From NCBI GenBank assembly GCA_965206645.1, contig CBDBKE010000004.1:544001-608000 (forward strand): a stretch of DNA of 64,000 nt. The letters are read 5' to 3'. Below the pieces are notes generated by a model. It was not told the DNA's origin, searched no databases, and saw only the letters and a program-made list of their open reading frames with translations. This DNA comes from Terriglobia bacterium (GTDB lineage Bacteria; Acidobacteriota; Terriglobia; JAJPHL01; JAPKYU01). Every line of letters starts with the position of its first letter. Within the stretch, counting starts at the first letter, position 1. The position numbers and the translations under genes were made by a program. Positions 9,187-18,994 of the stretch are shown here, in pieces.

Positions 9187-10470
9187 TCAGGACGCCACCC
9201 TGGCCGGACACGGCGGGTGCGTAAGGCGCAGATTGAGCGACCTCTCGATGACCCGCAGCGCCGGCATCTCCTCTGGTGCAACGAGGGTGACCGCTGTGCC
9301 TGTCGCGGCGGCACGTCCGGTTCGACCGACGCGGTGCACGTACGCATCAGGGGTGGTGGGCACTTCGTAGTTGATGATGTGTTCGATGCATTCGATGTCG
9401 AGGCCACGGGCGGCGATGTCGGTCGCGACCAGCACCTGGTAGCGTCCGCTCCGGAACCCTTCGATGGCCGCCGTCCGCTGGCTCTGCGTCCGGTTCGCGT
9501 GCAACGCCGCACAACGGATGTTGCCCGACGCGATGCGCTTCGCGAGTCGCTCGGCCCAATGCTTGGTTCGGACGAACACGAGCGTCGGCCCGTTCGTGCG
9601 GCGGAGGAACCCCGCCAGCCACGGCGTCTTCTCGTGCGACGGGAGGACGTGCCCGACATGGGTAATCGCCGTCGCCAGGCCGCTGGTCCGTCCGACCCGG
9701 ATGACCTTGGGGTCGCGCATGATCAGGGTCGCTGCCCGCATGACGTCGTCAGACGTCGTGGCTGCGAAAAGCAACGTCTGACGGCTACCGGGGAGCGCGG
9801 CGACGATACGCCGGACGTCGGGCCAAAAACCCATGTCCAGCATCCGATCGGCCTCGTCGAGCACCAGCACCTCGAGCCGGTCGAAGTTCGCCGCCTGACT
9901 CTGCAGGTGATCGAGCAGTCGCCCGGGCGTCGCCACGACGAGGTCGACTCGCGCGCGCAGCGCCTGTGCTTGCCCCTCCGCGCCGACGCCGCCGTACACC
10001 GCGACGCTCGAGAGCGGCGTGCCGTACGCAAACCCATCGAAGTCTTCGTCGATCTGAGCGGCGAGCTCGCGGGTCGGCGCGAGCACCAAGACGCGCGTGG
10101 CAGGGGCGATCGGGTGGGGGCTGCCGTCTGCAGCGGCGAGCAGTCGCTGCATGATCGGCAAGAGGAACGCGGCGGTCTTGCCCGTTCCGGTCTCCGCGCA
10201 GGCGATGAGATCCGCTCCCGTGAGGACCAGCGGAAAGACGGCGCTTTGGATCGGCGTCGTCCGAACGAAGCCGCGATCGGCCAACGCGCGGTTGAGGCGC
10301 CGATCGAGATTGAAGGTCGTGAAGTCAACCGGCGTCGGATCGTGGGCTGCCGGTTCAACAACCGCCATCGGCCGTGTGGGCGGGCGCGCCATCGAATGGC
10401 CCGTGGACGGACCACCCCGACGTCGCGGCGAGCGCCGCGAACGGGTGCGGAAACGTGTTGTGAAATTCAA
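9187..10470 (-). CDS. rhlE: DEAD-box RNA helicase (RhlE-like)
   Basis: Q motif, AETGTGKT, PTRELA, TPGRL, DEADRMLDMGF, ARGLD, YVHRVGRTGRA. Confidence 0.9.
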   Translation of the reverse strand: MNFTTRFRTRSRRSPRRRGGPSTGHSMARPPTRPMAVVEPAAHDPTPVDFTTFNLDRRLNRALADRGFVRTTPIQSAVFPLVLTGADLIACAETGTGKTAAFLLPIMQRLLAAADGSPHPIAPATRVLVLAPTRELAAQIDEDFDGFAYGTPLSSVAVYGGVGAEGQAQALRARVDLVVATPGRLLDHLQSQAANFDRLEVLVLDEADRMLDMGFWPDVRRIVAALPGSRQTLLFAATTSDDVMRAATLIMRDPKVIRVGRTSGLATAITHVGHVLPSHEKTPWLAGFLRRTNGPTLVFVRTKHWAERLAKRIASGNIRCAALHANRTQSQRTAAIEGFRSGRYQVLVATDIAARGLDIECIEHIINYEVPTTPDAYVHRVGRTGRAAATGTAVTLVAPEEMPALRVIERSLNLRLTHPPCPARVAS

Positions 10471-10838
10471 AATGTGCGCTGAGCGTGGAGGGCACTCTTC
10501 CGAGGGGAGATCAACAGCGGGGGGCGGCTGTCACTAACTCTCGATTCCTTCGCTCAAATCTCCTTATCACTCTGTTGTCTCACGAACTGCAAGCGGCGTT
10601 CAAGTCGACCCGGACTGGTCGCTCTCCCCCAACCCGGCCGATTCCCCCCTTTGAGCGTGCCCTCCGAACCTGCGTAAGGAAGAAAACAAGAAGCCGATGA
10701 CCGGCTGGGGCTAATTGGTTATCAGGCACGAGGCCCGCAACGGGCACAATCGCCAGATCTTCGCCACAATAGCGCACGTCAGCGCGGGCGACGGCGGCTC
10801 AAATATAACCGCCTTGGTATAACCGATCCGACATCGGG

Positions 10839-10884
10839 CCTTCTAAGCCGAGGGTCGCAGGTTCGAGTCCTGCCGGGCGCGCCA
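10839..10884 (+). repeat. 3' half of tRNA-Arg(UCU), att-site copy 3
   Basis: CCTTCTAAGCCGAGGGTCGCAGGTTCGAGTCCTGCCGGGCGCGCCA; no D-arm or 5' acceptor strand upstream. Confidence 0.85.
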
Positions 10885-11506
10885 TATCTATTATGCAAGT
10901 TCTTTATTATACATTGTTTACAATAATCAATCCAGTAAACGTATACATTTCTATCAACAAGAGACACCCGGAACATCTGGGACCCGACGGGACGATCAGC
11001 ATCCAGGCGCCTGGCGTCATCTCGAGGGCACCCGCGACACGGAGGGGTGAGAGGACGGCGGTTTCCCAAGACCTCGTGCGGGACTGTGATCCGGCGATGC
11101 GGTCACTCGACGCGCCGGCCACGCAGCCGGTCGGCGACACGGCCACCTGTTCTCTTCAGATCCGTACCGTGCGTGGTGGCGCGAAGACGGGTCATCGGCT
11201 GCGGACCGAGATCTCCGACAGATTCGCGGCGCTGTGGCAGCGGAACCAGCTTGATGACGGTCTCTCGTCCCCGGGGCCAACCGGCAGCAGGTACGGCGAG
11301 CGCTGACGCCTCGATGACCGTCGAACTGATCCGCGCCACGCGCGGTCGCGGTGGAAGACGGTCTATAGTTCGTCCACTAGTGTCCATTGCCATGTATAGA
11401 AGCACAATAAGTGACTGATTAATAATAACTTATTGCTCACATCTACGGTCTACACCGGCTCAGGATATCTTACGGAATCCCTCATCATCCCGTATATAAT
11501 ACATGG

Positions 11507-12724
11507 ATGATTACAGAGACGACTCCGGCCCAGTCGCCCCGCAGAACCAAGCGCCGAGGCCGCCATCCCCACCACGCCCTCGCCCCCGCCTTCGTCCGCA
11601 CCGCCCCGCCGGGGCACCACATCGACGGCCACGGTCTCTACCTCTACGTCCAGCCGACCGGCGCCCGCAGCTGGATCCAGCGCCTCGTCATCCGCGGCCG
11701 GCGCTGCGAACTTGGCCTCGGCGCCGTCGCCCTCGTCTCGCTGGCCGAGGCCCGCGAGCAGGCCGTGGCCAACCGGAAGCTCGCCCGCGCGGGCGGCGAC
11801 CCACTCGCCGACAGGCGCCGCGTCCAGGGGACGCCCACCTTCGCCGAGGCCGCGACCACGGTGATCGACCAGAAGCGGGCCGGGTGGAAGACCCCCGCGC
11901 AGGTGCAGGCGTGGCGAGGCAGCCTGGAACGCTACGCGTTCCCGCGCCTCGGCCGGCGGCCGATCTCGGAGGTGGCCAGCGCCGACGTGCTCGCGATCCT
12001 CACCCCCATCTGGCACACCAAGCCGGTCATGGCCAAGACCGTCAAGCAGCGGATCCACACCGTGCTGGAGTGGGCCATCGCCATGAACCTGCGCACCGAC
12101 AACCCGTCGGACCGGGTCGGACCGGTGCTCGGTCCCCAGCGCAACATCGTGCAGCACATGCGGGCATTGCCGCACCGGGAGGTCGCCGCGGCGCTCGCGA
12201 CGGTGCGGGCGTCAGGCGCGCCCCAGGCCGTCACGCTGGCGTTCGAGTTGTTGGTGCTGACGGCCGCGCGGTCGGGCGAGGTCCGGCTCGCCGCGTGGGA
12301 CGAGATGGACATGACGGAACAGGTGTGGACCATCCCGGCCACGCGGATGAAGATGAAGCGGGACCACCGGGTCCCGCTGTGCGGGCGGGCGCTGGCGATC
12401 CTCGCCGCCGCGCGGACGCTTGGCGACGGCCCGCTCGTGTTCCCCAGCCGGAGCGGCCGGCGGCTGGCTGTCCCCCAACTGCGCCTGCTGCTCGCACGCT
12501 GCGGCATCGCCTGCGTGCCGCATGGATTCCGGTCCAGCTTCCGGGACTGGGCGGCCGAGGAGACGGACCATCCGCGCGAGGTCGTCGAGGCGGCGCTGGT
12601 GCACAGGGTCCAGAATCCGGTCGAGGCAGCCTACGCCCGCTCGGACTTGTTCGAACGGCGGCGGCGGTTGATGAACGACTGGGCCGCCTACCTCCGGGAG
12701 GTACGCGAGCCCGTTGTGGCATGA
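11507..12724 (+). CDS. Tyrosine recombinase / P4-like integrase with arm-binding domain
   Basis: DGHGLYLYV..TGARSW N-terminal domain; catalytic set TAARSGE, MKMKRDH, HGFRSSF, LVH, AAYARSD all intact. Confidence 0.93.
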   Translation: MITETTPAQSPRRTKRRGRHPHHALAPAFVRTAPPGHHIDGHGLYLYVQPTGARSWIQRLVIRGRRCELGLGAVALVSLAEAREQAVANRKLARAGGDPLADRRRVQGTPTFAEAATTVIDQKRAGWKTPAQVQAWRGSLERYAFPRLGRRPISEVASADVLAILTPIWHTKPVMAKTVKQRIHTVLEWAIAMNLRTDNPSDRVGPVLGPQRNIVQHMRALPHREVAAALATVRASGAPQAVTLAFELLVLTAARSGEVRLAAWDEMDMTEQVWTIPATRMKMKRDHRVPLCGRALAILAAARTLGDGPLVFPSRSGRRLAVPQLRLLLARCGIACVPHGFRSSFRDWAAEETDHPREVVEAALVHRVQNPVEAAYARSDLFERRRRLMNDWAAYLREVREPVVA

Positions 12725-12775
12725 AAGCCGCTCTATTGCACCATAGGCCGACGGGCCTTCACGCCTTGGTCAACC

Positions 12776-13903
12776 TAGTGCAGTGATCGCGAAACTACTT
12801 GTACGTAGGCGGACGGTTTGGTACCTTGCGGCCCATGAATCGAGTTGCCGCATTGCCGCTGACCGACGAGCAGCGTGCCACATTGGCGCGCTGGGTGCGC
12901 GGCGGCACCACACCGCAGCGGTTGGTCTTTCGCAGTCGCATCGTCTTGTTGGCCGCGCGTGGGATGCCAAGTAAGCACGTCGCGCGGCAGCTCAATACGA
13001 GCCAGGATACCGTCCGCTTGTGGCGGCGGCGATGCGCGGCGGGTGGTCCCGACGCGTTGCGGCGCGATGCGCCGGGACGAGGTCGGAAACGGCAGATTAC
13101 CGCCGCTCGCGAACAACAGGTCGTCGAGGTAACGCTGCACCGGGCGCCGCCACGCGCGACGCAGTGGAGTTTGCGGTCGATGGCCGCCACCCAGGGCCTG
13201 AGTCCCGCGTCGATCCATCGGATCTGGGTCGCGCATGGCCTGCAGCCGCATCGTGTCCGCACCTTCACGCTGTCGACCGATCCCGCGTTCGTCGAGAAGC
13301 TAACCGATGTCGTGGGGCTGTACGTGAATCCGCCGGACAAGGCCCTCGTGTTTTGTGTTGATGAGAAGAGCCAGATTCAAGCCCTGCAACGATCGCAGCC
13401 GGGGCTGCCGCTGAAGCCGGGACGATGACCCACGACTACCAACGACATGGCACGACCACCCTATTCGCGGCGCTGAATGTCCTCGAAGGCACGGTGATCG
13501 GCTCCTGCCACGCCCGCCATCGACATCAAGAGTTTCGGAAATGTCTCAACGTGCTCGACGCCGACACGCCGGCCGACATCGACGTGCATGCCATCGTCGA
13601 CAACTACGCCACGCATAAGCATCCCGCGATTCAGCGGTGGCTGCAGCGGCATCCGCGCTTCCACCTTCATTTCATTCCCACGAGCGCGTCGTGGCTCAAT
13701 CTCGTCGAAGTCTGGTTCGCCCATCTCACGAAGGAGCAGATTCGGCGCGGGGACTTCCTCGGCGTCCGCGACCTCATTGACGCGATCCAGGCCTACATCC
13801 ATAACTACAATCAACAGGCTGGCCCCTTCAGCTGGACCGCGCCCGCCGAGCGCATCCTGGAGAAAGTCATGAAGTGCCGAGCTGTTTCGGAATCACTGCA
13901 CTA
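12776..13903 (+). mobile_element. IS630-family element with a frameshifted transposase (ORFs 12835-13428 and 13425-13904)
   Basis: Terminal IRs GTGCAGTGATCGCGAAAC / GTTTCGGAATCACTGCAC, each flanked by TA (CTAG); motifs DEKSQIQAL, THDYQRHGTT, DNYATH, SWLNLVE. Confidence 0.9.
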
Positions 13904-14344
13904 GCGAATGCCCAAGCTCTGCTTGGTGAAACGGCACTCGCACAGGCTGCAGCGCCGGAAGCGGGAGAATTTTCGGACGCCGCATCGCGCGGCCATCGAA
14001 GCGGTCAGCGGGCCGCACCGTTCATCGTCCGAGCGACTCCAGTCCCGCGAGTCCGAGGACGGCCCGGGACGGATCCGCGTATGGTGCGAGAAAACGGCCG
14101 TGGCGAGTGAATACTCGGGTAGCCTGATGCCCGCAACTGTTCACCGCCTTGTCCCGCATTGAACTGCCTCATGGAATCAGGCGCACCGCTGCGTCGCCCC
14201 ACATTGAACAAAGCGGATTTGAGTTCAGCCCTTGCGTGACCGGTCGGGCTGGTATCTTTGAAATAAATCAGTTCCCGCCGTTTCTCAGGGACGTTGATGC
14301 CGAAGTCGCGGTTGCCGCCTGAGCCGAGCTGGGGCACCGTGCGG

Positions 14345-14699
14345 GCGTCAGACTTTTTTCGTAGCGCCTCCGACAGCATGTGCTTGTCGAGGCTGAGATC
14401 CGCCACCAGGCGCTTCAGCCGCGTGTTTTCTTCCTCGATTCTGCCGGAGTCGCCGGAGTTCACTGACGCCCAGATGCGCCTACTTCTTCTTCCACGCATA
14501 GAACGTTGCCTCGCTGATGCCCACTTGGCGACAGACATCCCCTACGGCCGTGCCGGACTCGGCCTGGCGCAACGCGTACGCCACGTGTTCCTCGGAGAAT
14601 TTCGAACGCTTCATCGGTCCCATCCTTTCTGCCCTGGGGACCCTCAAAGCGCCACCGTACTGCAGTTCTAACCTGTCGTCGTTTTCGGGGGAAACGTCA
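14345..14699 (-). pseudogene. IS3-family (IS407-like) orfA remnant with left end
   Basis: MKRSKFSEEHVAYALRQAESG...SEATFYAWKKK* then EEENTRLKRLVADLSLDK; AAAAAAG slippery site near 14355; TG-initiated end at 14699; orfB absent. Confidence 0.8.
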
Positions 14700-14789
14700 G
14701 CTTGCTGCGACTCGTCGTCGCGCGTCGTGCCCATCGCCATGAGCAGAGAGTAGTACAGCGGATCGATCGTGTCGATCCCCAGTCAGTCA

Positions 14790-15014
14790 CTTTTACCGCG
14801 GGCTGGTAGAGGCGTGCTTGGTCCGTGTTGATGACGTGGGGCGGAGGATGCGACGGATCAGTCAGCGCCTTGCGGAACAGGCGGATAACCGCCGCGGCAT
14901 CGCGCCACCCCGAGAACACGAAGTCGATCGTGGCGCCGATGGAATCGAGGGTTCGGTAGAGGTAGCACCAGCGCCCCTTGATACGAACGTAGGTCTCATC
15001 GGGTTGTGTTGCAC
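14790..15014 (-). pseudogene. IS6-family transposase fragment
   Basis: DETYVRIKGRWCYLYRTLDSIGATIDF...RLFRKAL...VINTDQARLY; IS6-like end GGTTGTGTTGCA at 15002. Confidence 0.75.
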
Positions 15015-15121
15015 ACTTTGGCCGACGGCGGCTGGTAGTCTGAAAAGATCATTCGCCTGCCTGTCCACCTTAAACCTGGATTTCCATTTGGGCCGTCCCG
15101 GTCGGCACCGTTAGCGTGGAT

Positions 15122-16804
15122 CTACCGGTTCGGCACGTAGCGGGCGGTAATGCCTGTGCCGACACGGGCGAGAATGAGCACCGGCACGAGGCCGGCCAGC
15201 ACGATGAGCAGCGCGGCGCCAGCCGCATCCTCGTAGGTCCCGCGGATCGCCTCGCCGTAGAGATGCGTGGCGAGCGTCTCGACGCCGATCGGCCGCAGGA
15301 GCAGCGTTGCTGGCAGTTCCTTCATGCAGTCCACGAACACCAGCATGGCCACCGTGGCGAGCGCCGGGCGCGACATCGGCAGGTGGATACGCCAAAGCCT
15401 ACGGCCTGCCGGTTCCCCCAGCGTGCTCGCTGCAGCGTCGAGCGACGGCGACACGCGGCTGAAGCCGGCCTCGATCCCCCCCGCCGCGATCGCCAGAAAG
15501 CGCACGAGGTAGGCGTAGATAAGCGCCGCACCCGAGCCGAGCATCAGCAGCCCGGTCGAGATCCCCAGGAAGCGTAACGAGAGGTTGTCGGTCGCACCGT
15601 CGATCCTGGTGACGACTGGTAGCAGGCCGAGCGCTAGCACGGTGCCAGGCACCGCGTAGCCGAGCGAGGCGACGCGCGCCAGCACCGCCGGCAACTGCGA
15701 GCGCGCGATGCGCACGGCATAGACGATGGCAACCCCGCAGGCAACGGTGAGCACCGTCGCGATCGATGAGAGGATCACCGTGTTGAGCGCCTCGGTCACC
15801 ACGCTGGCCGAGACTCCAGCAAAACGGATACGGCTCATCGTTGCGTCCACGAGATACGCCGCCGGAAACAGAAACCCCACCGCCACCGGGACCGTGCAGC
15901 CAGCCACCGCCAGCGCTGCCGAGGTGCCGCGCAGCCGGTGCCGCGTGAGCGGACGGGGGTGCTGCGCGTCGTTGGCGTAGCGGCGCTGCCGCCGCGCCCA
16001 CCGCTCCAGCAACACGAGCGCGAGGACGATCGCGAGCATCGCCAACGCGATCTGCGCTGCCCCGGGCAGGTCCGAGCGGGTGATCCATGTCGTATAGATC
16101 GAGACCGTCATCGTGCGCACGCCGAGGAACTCCGACGCGCCGATGTCGTTGAGCGCTTCCATCAGCGCCAGGCTAAGGCCGACTGCGAGCGCGGGGCGCG
16201 CCAGCGGCAAAGCCACGCGCAGGAAGACGCCACGCTGTCCGACGCCGAGCGTTCGAGCCACGTCGATCAGGTTGGCCGCCTGCATCAGAAACATCGCCCG
16301 CGTCGTCAGGTAGACGTACGGGTAGAGCACGAAACTGAGCAGGATGATGCACCCGGCCATCGAGCGGATGTCCGGCAGTTGCAGGTCACGTGGGCTGTCG
16401 ACGCCCAGAAGCGCGCGGATCGCCGTCTGCACGGGCCCGACTGGGTGCAGGATGTCGAGGTAAGCGTAGGCGACGATGTAGGTAGGGACCGCGAGAGGGA
16501 GAAGGAGCGCCCAATCGAAGGCTTTGCGGCCGGGAAAGTCGTGCGCGCTCACCAGCCAGGCCGTGCCGGTACCGATCGCCGCGGTGAGCAGCCCCACGCC
16601 CGCCAGCAGGATGACCGTTTCGCGGGCGGCCACCGGCAGCACAAAGGTCATGAGGTGCTGCCAGAGATCTTCGGCGCCCCCGGCCGCGGCGAACATCAGC
16701 GCGACGAAGGGCAGGAACACGAGAAGCGCGAGGACGCCGGATGCCCCGACCCATGGGTTCACATCAGACCAGGGCCGGGGGGCGCCAAGCGCCGCGGGGC
16801 TCAA
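15122..16804 (-). CDS. Fe3+ ABC transporter permease (FbpB/FutB-like)
   Basis: Duplicated permease with two EAA-like loops, LPLAVPTYIVAYAY, KELPATLLLRP. Confidence 0.9.
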   Translation of the reverse strand: MSPAALGAPRPWSDVNPWVGASGVLALLVFLPFVALMFAAAGGAEDLWQHLMTFVLPVAARETVILLAGVGLLTAAIGTGTAWLVSAHDFPGRKAFDWALLLPLAVPTYIVAYAYLDILHPVGPVQTAIRALLGVDSPRDLQLPDIRSMAGCIILLSFVLYPYVYLTTRAMFLMQAANLIDVARTLGVGQRGVFLRVALPLARPALAVGLSLALMEALNDIGASEFLGVRTMTVSIYTTWITRSDLPGAAQIALAMLAIVLALVLLERWARRQRRYANDAQHPRPLTRHRLRGTSAALAVAGCTVPVAVGFLFPAAYLVDATMSRIRFAGVSASVVTEALNTVILSSIATVLTVACGVAIVYAVRIARSQLPAVLARVASLGYAVPGTVLALGLLPVVTRIDGATDNLSLRFLGISTGLLMLGSGAALIYAYLVRFLAIAAGGIEAGFSRVSPSLDAAASTLGEPAGRRLWRIHLPMSRPALATVAMLVFVDCMKELPATLLLRPIGVETLATHLYGEAIRGTYEDAAGAALLIVLAGLVPVLILARVGTGITARYVPNR

Positions 16805-17835
16805 TCGTCGAACCCGACCTGGTCCACCAGCCGGCTCGCCGTGTTGCGGTGCCGCACGATCTCGGTGAGCGGCAGCGAGTCGATGTTCAGCGGGCCGAGC
16901 GCCGCGATGATCGGGTGCACCGTGGCGCCTGCCTTGACCGGGTACTCAAAGTTGGCTTCCGCGTAGAGCTTCTGGGCTTCATCCGACACAAGGTACTCGA
17001 GGAACCGCACGGCGGCGGCGCGATTCGGCGCGTTCCTCGCGACCGACGCCCCCGAGATGTTCACGTGCGTACCGCCCCTCTCGAACGTTGGCAGGATCAC
17101 CTTGATCGCTGCGCCCCACTGCTCCTGCTCAGGCCCGCCGGCGCCGCTGCGCATCAGCCCGACGTAGTAGGAGTTGCCGATTCCGATCTCGCAAATGCCG
17201 CCCATGATGTCACGCGCAACATCACGGTCGCCGCCAGCGGCCGTACGCCCCAGATTCGACGTGAGCCCGCGCAGCCAGCTCTCGGTCTGCGCCTCGCCGT
17301 GATGAGCGATGTAGGCCGCGAAGAGCGCCGTGTTGTACGGGTGCTGTCCGGCGCGGCTGCAGACCCTGTCGCGCCACTGAGGATCGTCGAGTTGCTCGTA
17401 GGTGAAGGACGAAAGATTGAGGTCCCTAGCTGCGTAAAGGACGCGGGCGCGCATCGAGAGGGTGAACCACTCGCCGTTCGGCCCGCGCAGGTTCGACGGG
17501 ATCGCGCTTTCGAGCGTCGCCGACTCGACCGGCTGGGTCAGCCCCCGTTGCACTAAGTCAAGCAGGTTACCCAAATCGACCGTCATCAACACGTCGGCCG
17601 GCGACCGTGTGCCCTCGGCCCCGACGCGCTCGGCGAGCCCGCCGCGCACGAAGAGGCTGTTGACCGTGACGCCGCTCTGCTCGGTGAAGGCATCGAGCAA
17701 TGGCTGGATGAGGCCGGGTTCGCGTGTCGTGTAGAGATTCAACTCCTGCGCAGCGACGGGGCCGGCGACCAGGGCTGCCAGGCAGGCCAGCAGGCCCACT
17801 CGCGTGAGGCGGTTCAACGGGCTACGGGTTATCAT
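16801..17835 (-). CDS. Fe3+ ABC transporter substrate-binding protein (FutA/FbpA-like)
   Basis: Signal peptide then ELNLYTTRE, SPADVL, HPYN, GGDRD, GNSYY, HVNISG, NFEYP; real start ATG 17835 (TGATG overlap with the upstream gene). Confidence 0.9.
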   Translation of the reverse strand: MITRSPLNRLTRVGLLACLAALVAGPVAAQELNLYTTREPGLIQPLLDAFTEQSGVTVNSLFVRGGLAERVGAEGTRSPADVLMTVDLGNLLDLVQRGLTQPVESATLESAIPSNLRGPNGEWFTLSMRARVLYAARDLNLSSFTYEQLDDPQWRDRVCSRAGQHPYNTALFAAYIAHHGEAQTESWLRGLTSNLGRTAAGGDRDVARDIMGGICEIGIGNSYYVGLMRSGAGGPEQEQWGAAIKVILPTFERGGTHVNISGASVARNAPNRAAAVRFLEYLVSDEAQKLYAEANFEYPVKAGATVHPIIAALGPLNIDSLPLTEIVRHRNTASRLVDQVGFDD

Positions 17836-18932
17836 CAAACTCCTTCGGCACGAACGGGCATCAGGGCACTGTGCTCGTCGTAGGCCACGACCTGCACGTC
17901 CTCGGGATCGACTGCGAGATACACCGTGTCGTCGGGCGACAGCCGCGTGCGCCCCGGCGTGCGGATCGTCAGCGGCGCGGCCAAGCCGTTCACCGCCACG
18001 GCCACGTGATTGACCTCGCCCAAGAACGAGGTGCTGACCACTCGGCCGGGCACGCCGTCGCCGTGAGGTGCGACCCGGACGCTGTGCGGGCGGATGCAAA
18101 CGCAGGCCTCCGTCTGGTCGGCCAAGTGCGGCGCGGTGAAGCAGCCAAGCGGCGTCAGAACGTAGCCGTCCCTGCAAACCCCACGCAGCTCGTTGACGTT
18201 GCTGATGAAGCGCGCGGCGGCAAGAGTCGCTGGCTTGCTGTACAGGTCCTCGGGGGGAGCACACTCAACAAGTCGCCCCTCGTGCAGCAACGCGATCCGA
18301 TCGGCAAGGCGCATCGCCTCACCGGGGTCGTGCGTGACGAGGACCGCCGTCGTGCGGGTCTCGCGGAGCAGCTTCAAGGTGTCTTGACGGATGCGATCGC
18401 GCAGACGGCTATCGAGGCTGGAGAATGCTTCGTCCATGAGCAGCACGCGTGGGCCAGGCAGGAGAGCGCGAGCCAGCGCGACGCGCTGCTGCTCGCCTCC
18501 CGACAGCATGTGCGGGTAGCTGTCCGCATACTGACGCAGCCCCACGCGGTCGAGCATCACGGCCACCCGTGAGTCGACATCGGCCTTGCGCTGCCGCCGA
18601 ATCCCGAATGCGACGTTGGCCGCCACGGTCAGGTGTGGGAAGAGCGCGTAGTCCTGAAAGACCATCCCGACGCGGCGCTCTTCGGGCTCGACGAATGTGC
18701 CCCGCCCGGCCACCGCGACGCCGTCGAGCAGCACGCGACCAGACCAAGGGCGCTCGATCCCGGCAATCAGCCGCAACAGCGTGGACTTGCCCGAACCCGA
18801 GGGGCCCAGCAGGCACACAATTTCCCCTTCGGCCACCTCCAGTGAAACGCCGTCCACCGCCAGGATTGGCCCGTAGCGGAACGACACGGCATCCAGAGAA
18901 AGCCTCGGCGTAGAACTGAGACTCAGTCTCAT
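17835..18932 (-). CDS. Fe3+ ABC transporter ATP-binding protein (FbpC-like)
   Basis: GPSGSGKS, FQDYALFPH, LSGGEQQR, LLMDE, TOBE tail; start ATG 18932. Confidence 0.9.
   Translation of the reverse strand: MRLSLSSTPRLSLDAVSFRYGPILAVDGVSLEVAEGEIVCLLGPSGSGKSTLLRLIAGIERPWSGRVLLDGVAVAGRGTFVEPEERRVGMVFQDYALFPHLTVAANVAFGIRRQRKADVDSRVAVMLDRVGLRQYADSYPHMLSGGEQQRVALARALLPGPRVLLMDEAFSSLDSRLRDRIRQDTLKLLRETRTTAVLVTHDPGEAMRLADRIALLHEGRLVECAPPEDLYSKPATLAAARFISNVNELRGVCRDGYVLTPLGCFTAPHLADQTEACVCIRPHSVRVAPHGDGVPGRVVSTSFLGEVNHVAVAVNGLAAPLTIRTPGRTRLSPDDTVYLAVDPEDVQVVAYDEHSALMPVRAEGV
18917..18931. promoter_or_regulatory. Perfect 7-1-7 palindrome, candidate Fur-family operator
   Basis: TGAGACT-C-AGTCTCA overlaps the start codon of the iron-uptake operon. 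Confidence 0.55.
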
Positions 18933-18994
18933 TATGAATGAGCAGCATAACTCTGGCCAATCAAGTCGGTCAAGGTCGTACTGTCCGAACTTCA

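Noticed and set aside
7473-10884. tRNA-like repeats as functional tRNAs or a CRISPR array
   Set aside because: No 5' halves or D-arms; spacing is in kilobases; no cas genes.
10900-11400. Short ORFs between att copy 3 and the integrase, and at 13905-14330
   Set aside because: No recognisable motifs or RBS; probably eroded fragments that cannot be assigned by eye.
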